Shown here piece after piece: positions 22,516-32,000 of a DNA stretch of 32,000 nucleotides (position 1 is the first letter of the stretch; each line of letters opens with the position of its first letter). Source of the stretch: Chlamydiales bacterium (lineage in GTDB: Bacteria > Chlamydiota > Chlamydiia > Chlamydiales > SM23-39); the NCBI GenBank assembly GCA_965261025.1, contig OZ253438.1, positions 360,001-392,000 on the forward strand. The letters are read 5' to 3'. The translations under genes and the position numbers were made by a program. A model generated the notes under the pieces. It saw only the letters and a list, made by a program, of their open reading frames with translations. It was not told the DNA's origin and made no database searches.

Positions 22516-22839
22516 ATGAGAAAAAGAGCCTATAAGAGGGTTTCTCCCACTGCAAGAACAAGTCAGAACTTAGGGGACTTATTACCTCTTTTTTTGCAAA
22601 AACTTTCTTCAAAAAAAAGAGAGGAAAAGGAGGAGGTTTTTAAGGCTTGGTTTGCTATAATGGGGGAAGAGCTTTCGGGATATACCCGTCCTTTTTCTTA
22701 TGAAAAGAGGGTCCTTTTGGTAAAGGTGCAAAGTTCTACTTTGTACTCTCTTTTGTGCACAAGGGAAAAACCTAGACTTTTGCAGGAGATGCAGGCAAAG
22801 ATTGCTGCAGTAAAGGATATTCAGTTTCGTTTTGGCTAA
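22516..22839 (+). CDS. DUF721-domain protein (DciA-like, putative replicative helicase loader/operator)
   Basis: 107 aa. The pattern LGDLLP...VFKAWFAIMGEELSGYTRPFSYEKRVLLVKVQSSTLYSLLCTREKPRLLQEM matches the DUF721 layout (W..ivG..la..t.p..l..g.L.v.v.ss....eL). It occupies the classical position directly upstream of gyrB. Confidence 0.8.
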   Translation: MRKRAYKRVSPTARTSQNLGDLLPLFLQKLSSKKREEKEEVFKAWFAIMGEELSGYTRPFSYEKRVLLVKVQSSTLYSLLCTREKPRLLQEMQAKIAAVKDIQFRFG

Positions 22840-22848
22840 ACCATTTAA

Positions 22849-25350
<2,502 letters not shown>

Positions 25351-25369
25351 TTGTAAGGAGAGACTTTTT

Positions 25370-27826
25370 ATGTCTTATACGAGTAGAGAAGAGGTTGTAC
25401 CCAAGAATGTAGAAGAGGAGATGAAAGAAAGCTACCTTCGCTATTCCATGTCGGTTATTATCTCTCGAGCCTTGCCTGACGTAAGAGATGGCCTTAAACC
25501 TTCTCAGAGAAGAATTTTATATGCCATGAGACAGCTCAACTTATCACCAGGGGCCAAACATAGAAAGTGTGCAAAAATTTCAGGAGATACTTCAGGAGAT
25601 TATCACCCTCATGGAGAAACGGTAATTTATCCTACCTTAGTTCGAATGGCCCAAAGTTGGGCCATGAGATATCCTTTAATCAATGGACAAGGAAACTTTG
25701 GCTCCATTGATGGGGACCCCCCTGCTGCCATGAGGTATACAGAGGCTAAACTTACCCAGGCTGCGATGGAGTTGATGGAGGATTTGGAAAAGGATACAGT
25801 AGATCTTGCTCCCAACTATGATGAAACAAAAAAAGAACCGCTAGTTTTTCCGGCAAAATTTCCTAATTTGCTCTGTAACGGCTCTTCAGGGATTGCTGTG
25901 GGTATGGCAACGAATATTCCCTCTCATAACCTAAAGGAGTTAATAGATTCTACTATACTTATTTTACAAAATCCCAAGGCAAGCATTGATGAAATCATGC
26001 AAGTAATGCCGGGTCCTGATTTTCCTACAGGAGGTATTATCTGCGGCTATAGGGGAATTAAGGAAGCGTATCATACTGGTAGAGGAAAGCTCCTTTTACG
26101 GGGACTTTTAAAAGTAGAAGAGATCCCTTCTTCTGCAAAGCAGGCCATTATAGTAGAAGAGATCCCCTATAATGTTAACAAATCACGTCTTATAGAACAG
26201 ATAGCAGAGTTAATTACTAATAAGATAGTTCCAGGTCTTTCTGATATCCGAGATGAATCAGATAAAGAAGGTCTTCGTATTTGTTTAGAGTTAAAAAGAG
26301 GAGAAATTCCCGAAGTTACTATCAACCAGCTGTATAAGTATAGTGACTTACAAGTTACTTTTGGTTGCAACATGCTTGCCTTAGATAAGGGTTTACCCAG
26401 AGAAATGAATATTAAGCATTTTCTTATAAGTTGGGTAGATCATCGGGTCGAAGTAGTAAGGAGAAGGACTCGTTATGAGTTAAATAAAGCAGAAACGAGA
26501 GCTCATATCTTAGAAGGTTATCTAAAGGCATTAGACCATTTAGATGAGGTAATTCGTTTAATTCGTTCTTCACAAAATAGGGATGAAGCAAAGGGAGAAC
26601 TTATGAATAGATACCAAATGAGCGAAAAACAAGCTCAGGCGGTTTTAGAGCTTCGTCTATATCAACTTACCTCTTTAGAAAGAGAAAAAGTAGAGAATGA
26701 GCATAAAGAACTTTTAGAAAAAATAGCCTATTTTAAGGCAGTTTTAGCCTCGGAAGAAATGGTAAAAGCCATTATTCAAGAAGAGCTTCTATCGATTCAG
26801 AAAAATCATAAGTCAGAAAGGAAGACAAAGATCATTGCCGCAGAAGGGGAATTTCAAATGGAGGATCTTATTGCGGATGAGCCGGTAATTATCACGGTTT
26901 CTAATGATGACTACATCAAAAGAATGCCTATCAACACTTTTAAGGAACAAAGAAGAGGGGGACAGGGAGTTATTGGTCTTGAAATGAAAAAAGAGACGGA
27001 TATGCTCAAATTTGTCTATGTGGCGTCTACTCATGATCAGCTGCTTGTTTTTACTTCTCTAGGAAGGTGTTATTGGCTTAAAGCGTGGCAACTTCCCGAA
27101 GCTGGAAGGAGGACTAAGGGTAGGCCTCTTGTTGGTCTTTTAGAAGATATTTTACCCGATGAAAAAATTGCAGCTATTGTGAAGGTAAAGTCCTTTAAAG
27201 AACCAGGATCTATCTTATTAGTTACCTTGCGAGGTGTGGTAAAGAAAACAGAGCTTCCTGCCTTTTCTAATCCGAGAAGAAAGGGGGTTTATGCCATTAA
27301 TATTGATGAAGGAGATAGTTTGATTGCAGCAAGGCATGTTGTTTCTGGGCAGCAGATCATGATTTTTACCAAAAATGGGATGGCTGTCCGTTTTGAAGAA
27401 TCACTAGCCCGGGCTTTAGGAAGAGTGGCAAGAGGTGTGAAAGGAGTTACTCTAAAAAACAAAGAAGATAAGGTAGTGGCCTGTGAAGTAGTAAATGCAG
27501 AGGAATCCATACTCGTTGTTTCAGAAAACGGTTTTGGAAAGAGATCCAAAGTAGGGGATTTTCGGCAAACAAACAGAGGAGGAGTAGGAGTTCGTTCTAT
27601 CATTGTCTCTGTTAGAAATGGTTTTGTAATAGGGGCTATATCTGTAAAAGAGGAAGATGGGGTAGTCTTGATGTCTGATTCGGGTCAAGCCCTTCGGATT
27701 CGGATGAAAGATGTGAGGGTCATGGGCAGATCTACTCAAGGAGTTCGTTTAGTACACTTAAAAGAGGGGACTAAGGTAGTAGGTATACAGAAAATAGAAG
27801 CAATTGCTGCAGAAGAAGAGGTATAA
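25370..27826 (+). CDS. gyrA: DNA gyrase subunit A
   Basis: 818 aa. RALPDVRDGLKPSQRRILYAM, the active-site region AAMRYTEAKL, and a GyrA-box (EQRRGGQGVIG), which indicates true gyrase rather than topo IV. It starts 19 bp after gyrB. Confidence 0.98.
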   Translation: MSYTSREEVVPKNVEEEMKESYLRYSMSVIISRALPDVRDGLKPSQRRILYAMRQLNLSPGAKHRKCAKISGDTSGDYHPHGETVIYPTLVRMAQSWAMRYPLINGQGNFGSIDGDPPAAMRYTEAKLTQAAMELMEDLEKDTVDLAPNYDETKKEPLVFPAKFPNLLCNGSSGIAVGMATNIPSHNLKELIDSTILILQNPKASIDEIMQVMPGPDFPTGGIICGYRGIKEAYHTGRGKLLLRGLLKVEEIPSSAKQAIIVEEIPYNVNKSRLIEQIAELITNKIVPGLSDIRDESDKEGLRICLELKRGEIPEVTINQLYKYSDLQVTFGCNMLALDKGLPREMNIKHFLISWVDHRVEVVRRRTRYELNKAETRAHILEGYLKALDHLDEVIRLIRSSQNRDEAKGELMNRYQMSEKQAQAVLELRLYQLTSLEREKVENEHKELLEKIAYFKAVLASEEMVKAIIQEELLSIQKNHKSERKTKIIAAEGEFQMEDLIADEPVIITVSNDDYIKRMPINTFKEQRRGGQGVIGLEMKKETDMLKFVYVASTHDQLLVFTSLGRCYWLKAWQLPEAGRRTKGRPLVGLLEDILPDEKIAAIVKVKSFKEPGSILLVTLRGVVKKTELPAFSNPRRKGVYAINIDEGDSLIAARHVVSGQQIMIFTKNGMAVRFEESLARALGRVARGVKGVTLKNKEDKVVACEVVNAEESILVVSENGFGKRSKVGDFRQTNRGGVGVRSIIVSVRNGFVIGAISVKEEDGVVLMSDSGQALRIRMKDVRVMGRSTQGVRLVHLKEGTKVVGIQKIEAIAAEEEV

Positions 27827-27828
27827 AA

Positions 27829-28443
27829 TTGGGATTTTTGGCCTCTTTTGAAGGAGGAGAAAGAGCGGGAAAAACCACCTTAATTCGCAGTATGGAAAGA
27901 GCCTTAAAAAAAGCCTCTTATTCTGTTTTTGTCACCAGAGAACCAGGAGGGTCTTTACTCGGAGAAGAAGTCAGACTGCTTCTTTTGCAAGGAAAACAAC
28001 CTATTTCTTCTAGGGCCGAGCTTGCCCTTTTCTTAGCTTCCAGAGCCGAGCACGTAGAAAAGATTTTGATCCCTGCTTTGCAAAAAGAACAAGTGGTTTT
28101 GTGCGATAGATTTTCTGACTCTTCTATTGCCTATCAGGGGGGAGGCAGAAAATTGGGAATGGAAAGAGTTGAAGAGATCAATGCTTTCTTTTGCCAAAAC
28201 TTGCAACCGGAGATTACCTTTTATTTAGATATTGATCCGAAAAAGGCTTTTTCTAGAAGCTCCTTGGAAAAGGATCGGATTGAAGAGGAAGAATTTTCTT
28301 TTCATGAAAGAGTGCGCAATAGTTTTCTCTGTCTTGCAAAGAAATATCCGAGTAGAATTTTCCCCTTAGATGCTGCTTTGCCAGCAGAGGTTCTTTTTGA
28401 AAAAGCTTGGAAGCTTTTAGAACCTAAACTAACTTGTGTATAG
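27829..28443 (+). CDS. tmk: thymidylate kinase
   Basis: 204 aa. P-loop FEGGERAGKTT, TREPGG, and DRFSDSSIAYQGGGR. The TTG start lies 2 nt after the gyrA stop. Confidence 0.92.
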   Translation: MGFLASFEGGERAGKTTLIRSMERALKKASYSVFVTREPGGSLLGEEVRLLLLQGKQPISSRAELALFLASRAEHVEKILIPALQKEQVVLCDRFSDSSIAYQGGGRKLGMERVEEINAFFCQNLQPEITFYLDIDPKKAFSRSSLEKDRIEEEEFSFHERVRNSFLCLAKKYPSRIFPLDAALPAEVLFEKAWKLLEPKLTCV

Positions 28444-28444
28444 G

Positions 28445-29395
28445 ATGTTATTTTCTTCCCTTATTGGAAATGAATCAGTAAAGCAGCAGCTTATAAAAAC
28501 TTTGCAAAAGCAGGCTTTACCAAACGCGGTTCTTTTTTCAGGGCCAGAAGGAGTAGGAAAGTCTTTTTTCGCTAAAGAGGTAGCAAAATACCTTCTAGAA
28601 GAGGATTTTCTAAGTGAACATCCTGATTTTCATCTGTACGGGCCAGAAAGTAAGTCTTTCTTTTATAAGATAGAGACAATCCGAGAGATTTTAGAAGAGG
28701 CCTACAAACCCCCTTTTTCTGCTCCTAGAAAAGTATTTATCCTTCAACAAGCAGATAAGATGCAGCCTGTTTCTTCTAATGCTCTCTTAAAAACCTTGGA
28801 AGAACCCACTTTAGATGCTTTTTTTATTTTAATTACCTCTTGCTTCTCCCAGATTTTACCAACGATTGTTTCAAGGACGGCCCATTTTTCTTTTTTATCT
28901 CTTAAAGAAGAAGAAATAGAAAAAGCTCTTATAGATCTCTATCAGATATCTTCTTTGGAAGCAAAAAAAGCAGCGAAGATATCTCAAGGATCTTTTACCA
29001 GAGCTTGTGAGTTAGTCTCTTCGGAAAAAGCCCTTTTTATCAAAGAGGGTTTTTTCGCTCTTTTCCAGAAAAAATTTCAGTCTTTGGAAGAATTTTTTGC
29101 TCTACTTACCAGGATAGAAAAGTATATTATGGAAGCTAAAGAGCCGGTTAGAGCCCTTCGTCAATTTTTTTCCTATATCTACCTTTGGTATAAAGATGTA
29201 TTTCTTCTACAAGAAGGGCTTTCTTTAGAAAACCTTTATTTTTCTGAGTTAAGAAAGGAAAAAAGGATAGAAAAGGCTCTTCCTCCTATAGACCAGGTAG
29301 AAACATGGATAGAAAAGGCTTTAGTGCTGTTTGAAAGAGGAACTAAGGCCTTTTCTTGTTTGGAGTATATAAGTATACAGTTTAGGCTTGTTTAA
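28445..29395 (+). CDS. holB: DNA polymerase III delta-prime subunit
   Basis: AAA+ clamp-loader motifs: LFSGPEGVGKSFFAKEVAKYLL, NALLKTLEEP, ILPTIVSRT. ATG at 28445 (MLFSSLIGNE) is preferred over the track GTG at 28436, which overlaps the tmk stop. Confidence 0.85.
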   Translation: MLFSSLIGNESVKQQLIKTLQKQALPNAVLFSGPEGVGKSFFAKEVAKYLLEEDFLSEHPDFHLYGPESKSFFYKIETIREILEEAYKPPFSAPRKVFILQQADKMQPVSSNALLKTLEEPTLDAFFILITSCFSQILPTIVSRTAHFSFLSLKEEEIEKALIDLYQISSLEAKKAAKISQGSFTRACELVSSEKALFIKEGFFALFQKKFQSLEEFFALLTRIEKYIMEAKEPVRALRQFFSYIYLWYKDVFLLQEGLSLENLYFSELRKEKRIEKALPPIDQVETWIEKALVLFERGTKAFSCLEYISIQFRLV

Positions 29396-29446
29396 TGGAG
29401 GAGTTACCTATCATGGGATCAATTACTTAGCAGGCTTTTCCTTTTT

Positions 29447-29485
29447 CTTACTTTAAAAAACTCTATAAAGTAAGTAGCTTTTTTT
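29447..29485 (+). terminator. weak candidate rho-independent terminator after holB
   Basis: cttacttta (29447-55), a 10-nt loop, taaagtaag (29466-74), then tagcttttttt. The stem is AU-rich and the T-run is offset by 4 nt, so support is weak. It lies directly upstream of the TTG start at 29492. Confidence 0.3.
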
Positions 29486-29491
29486 GCTATC

Positions 29492-30556
29492 TTGGCGAAA
29501 AAGAGGTTTTCTTTGAGACGTTGGAAGTTTTTTTTCCTTATTTTTTGTTTTATTCAGGGGTCTTTTTGTCAGTCAAAAGAAGAAAAGCAGCAAGCCTGTG
29601 CTTTTTTTCCCCAAAAAGAATTTCATAGTTTTCTGAAAGTACATACAGGCTATCGAAGGGATTTTTTTTCCCTGGTAGATTTTTTTGAGACGCAGTCTAT
29701 AGAAGGAGGGACCACTCTTGTTAAGGCAGAAGATAGTCAATCCTGGCCAGGATTAAGCATTTTTGACTTAAAGGGGGAGCTTTTTTTTACCTACAGACGT
29801 TTTTTAGTGAAGCTCGATGCAGATTATGGATGGATCTTAGAAGGCGAAAATCCAGCCGTAGACAGTCAAGTACTACAGGGAGATGGAACCACTCGTATTC
29901 TTTCTACAGTCAGCTCTGGAAAGAGCAGGGGCTATGTTTGGGATGCTTCTGTAGCGGGAGCTGTTCAGCTGGTCTTTTTTGACTCAAGTGTAAAAGTTAT
30001 GCCTGAAGTAGGTTTTTCTTATCATAAACAAAAGCCTGTCCAAAAACCTATTCAAGCAAGTTCTAGTGTAGAAATCGTTTCTGTAGGAACGACAAGGTAT
30101 ATAGGCTCAGGGGACAGAAAGGTTTCTTTTGCCTGGTTTGGTCCTTGGCTAGGAATAGATTTATCTTATTTTCCTCTCTCCTTTTTTGAGCTTTTTGGGG
30201 AATACAAATTTCACTTGGGAAATAGTCGTCTTTTTGGCAAAGCAGATCTTCTTTTAACCCAAACATTTCCAGAAGCTACTCCTCAACCTACAGCCACCGT
30301 ATTAGCATTTCGTACTTTCCAAAAAGATAAGGCCTTAGGACATGAAGGAACGCTTGGATTTCGTTATAGATTTTTGAAGCGCTATTTGGCGGGCTTAAGA
30401 GGTGGCTATACAAGCTGGTATGTTCTTTTTGGAAGAAAAGTAAATAAGTATGAAGAGATCTCTATAGAGTCTCTTCCCGTTTCAGCAGTGGGAAAAGCGG
30501 ATAAAATTTATTGGCGTTCCTGGAATATTTTAGCTTTTTTTGGTTTTGATTTCTGA
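29492..30556 (+). CDS. putative outer-membrane beta-barrel protein
   Basis: 354 aa with a TTG start. Signal peptide MAKKRFSLRRWKFFFLIFCFIQGSFCQ. The body has alternating hydrophobic/polar strand-like segments. The C-terminal beta-signal-like ending is ILAFFGFDF (terminal Phe). No family recognised. Confidence 0.6.
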   Translation: MAKKRFSLRRWKFFFLIFCFIQGSFCQSKEEKQQACAFFPQKEFHSFLKVHTGYRRDFFSLVDFFETQSIEGGTTLVKAEDSQSWPGLSIFDLKGELFFTYRRFLVKLDADYGWILEGENPAVDSQVLQGDGTTRILSTVSSGKSRGYVWDASVAGAVQLVFFDSSVKVMPEVGFSYHKQKPVQKPIQASSSVEIVSVGTTRYIGSGDRKVSFAWFGPWLGIDLSYFPLSFFELFGEYKFHLGNSRLFGKADLLLTQTFPEATPQPTATVLAFRTFQKDKALGHEGTLGFRYRFLKRYLAGLRGGYTSWYVLFGRKVNKYEEISIESLPVSAVGKADKIYWRSWNILAFFGFDF

Positions 30557-31429
30557 AGAGAGACTCTTTAATCTTTGACTAGCACTTCCTGACCAGTTTA
30601 ATTTTTTTCTAAGGGTGGAAAAGTAGTCATTTTTTTCTAGATTTACAAGACGAAAGAGATGATTGCTTTTTTCTATGGTAAGAATTTCTTCTTTCATCAA
30701 AAAAGCATCTAGTCCATCAGCCCTAACTTCTATGGGTTTATCTTGGTTTATACACTTAATTGTTACTTTGTGATGAGAAGATAAGACAAAAGGGCGATTA
30801 GAAATGGTATGGGCACAAATAGGTGTTATAACAAAAGCATCTAGATTTGGTGTTAAAATAGGTCCTCCTGCTGCTAAAGAATAGGCGGTAGAACCATTTG
30901 GCGTAGAAATGATAAGACCATCTGCTACGAATGTGTTTACATAAACGCCATCAACTTCTATGTAAAGTTCAATAAGACTAGAATTAGTATGCCTGTGAAG
31001 AACAAGATCATTGGCAGCCCTACATTTTTTTTTGCCCATTACTCCTTTTAGTACCAGTCTTTTCTCCACAGAGTATCTTCCCTCAAGGAAGTCGATAAGA
31101 TGGGTCTTGTATTCTTTTATAGGAATATCTGTCATAAAACCCAAATGGCCTAGATTAATCCCAAGAATGGGAGATGTATAATCAATATATTTGTGATAAA
31201 GTCTTAAGACACTACCATCTCCTCCAAAAGCTAAGAAAAAATCTATTTTCTCCTTAGGAAAAGAGGAGAGAGAAGGAAGATTCATTTCTTTAGAAAAAGC
31301 ATCTTCTACTACTAGAGAAATCCCTTTTTTTTCAAAAAAAGTCTTTATTTCCTTGGCAATCCCAAATGATTTAGGAAATTGCTCATTGGGGAATAGAGCA
31401 ATGATCATGAAAGTCCTGTTTTTTCCCAT
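30530..31429 (-). CDS. nadK: NAD(+) kinase
   Basis: GGDGSVLR, DGLIISTPNGSTAYSLAAGGPI and ITPICAHT motifs. The start is either ATG 31429 or Met8 at 31408, which forms an ATGA overlap with the dxs stop. Confidence 0.93.
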   Translation of the reverse strand: MGKNRTFMIIALFPNEQFPKSFGIAKEIKTFFEKKGISLVVEDAFSKEMNLPSLSSFPKEKIDFFLAFGGDGSVLRLYHKYIDYTSPILGINLGHLGFMTDIPIKEYKTHLIDFLEGRYSVEKRLVLKGVMGKKKCRAANDLVLHRHTNSSLIELYIEVDGVYVNTFVADGLIISTPNGSTAYSLAAGGPILTPNLDAFVITPICAHTISNRPFVLSSHHKVTIKCINQDKPIEVRADGLDAFLMKEEILTIEKSNHLFRLVNLEKNDYFSTLRKKLNWSGSASQRLKSLSSEIKTKKS

Positions 31430-32000
31430 TCAAAATGGTTTTCAATATATTTTGCAATAGATTCAGCGGAGAGCCCCGCTTTTTTTAAAAGGATTTCTCT
31501 ATCTCCATGCTCAATAAAAGCAGAAGGAATTCCTAGATTGATCACAGAGATATGTTTATTAAGCTGGTGCTGAAATAAAAAATTATTGATGAGACTTCCC
31601 AGACCTGAGGTTACGCAGTGCTCTTCCAGTGTTAGGACTAGATGATGTTTAGAAATTACATCATAGAGAAGATCTGTATCTAAAGGTTTTAAAAAAATAG
31701 GATCAATGATTGTGGGAAAAATACCCTTTTTTTCTAGGAGTTCTCTTGCTTTTTGGGCCATTTCATTTAAATGGCCCAAAGCGAGGATCACTACTTTTTC
31801 TCCATAGGCTAATACCTCTGCTTTTCCGAGTTTTCTCTTTTGCAAAAAAGAAGAACCTTCTTCTGTAGGTAGATTAGGATATCTTATAGATATGGGGCTA
31901 TCATAGGAAAAGGCACTTTCCAAAAGTTCTTTTAAAAGCTGTCCATTTCTTGGTTGGCACACAATCATATTCGGCATACTGGTTAAAAAAGCGATATCAT
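31405..32000 (-). CDS. dxs: 1-deoxy-D-xylulose-5-phosphate synthase (C-terminal part; 5' end outside window)
   Basis: The minus-strand frame is open to the window edge. Transketolase pyrimidine-binding/C-terminal domain pattern: MPNMIVCQPRNGQLLKELLESAF...PISIRYPN..., KVVILALGHL..., TLEEHCVTSGLGS. It lies immediately upstream of nadK. Confidence 0.88.
   Translation of the reverse strand, partial: DIAFLTSMPNMIVCQPRNGQLLKELLESAFSYDSPISIRYPNLPTEEGSSFLQKRKLGKAEVLAYGEKVVILALGHLNEMAQKARELLEKKGIFPTIIDPIFLKPLDTDLLYDVISKHHLVLTLEEHCVTSGLGSLINNFLFQHQLNKHISVINLGIPSAFIEHGDREILLKKAGLSAESIAKYIENHFEWEKTGLS

Overview
Low-GC bacterial chromosome segment. The conserved genes and their order (DUF721-gyrB-gyrA-tmk-holB, dxs-nadK, cinA, ubiE-menF-menD) look chlamydial. 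The classical men genes and a MORN-repeat protein suggest an environmental or amoeba-associated lineage; this placement is from memory of gene order, not from a search. About 26 protein-coding genes are supported. I saw no rRNA, tRNA, CRISPR array, transposase or integrase. Two regions stand out. (1) Positions 1-9225 form an accessory-looking block. It holds a complete 1802-aa Sec-signal-bearing RHS/YD-repeat polymorphic toxin, whose 299-aa C-terminal domain has a Ser-Asp-His order typical of alpha/beta-hydrolase lipases or esterases. The toxin gene is translationally coupled to two tandem, about 86% identical, signal-peptide-bearing 189-aa candidate immunity genes. A convergent MORN-repeat protein in the same block has a C-terminal domain with a His-(Asn/Asp)-Gln-Cys arrangement reminiscent of CE-clan (Ulp1/ChlaDUB-type) proteases. 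(2) Positions 15414-22098 hold an orphan, tightly coupled operon lying between housekeeping genes: a radical SAM enzyme, a class I methyltransferase, a class II aldolase-fold fusion protein and a DMT/EamA permease. An SDR-like protein and an 8-TM protein follow it. Smaller observations: two minus-strand ORFs separated by a single in-frame stop; an unusual GyrA QRDR (Thr83, Pro87 in E. coli numbering); a G9 tract upstream of the gyrase operon; a perfect 13-bp palindrome in a divergent AT-rich promoter region; and a convergent 27-bp gene overlap. All functional calls rest on motifs read by eye and need HMM, BLAST or structure confirmation.
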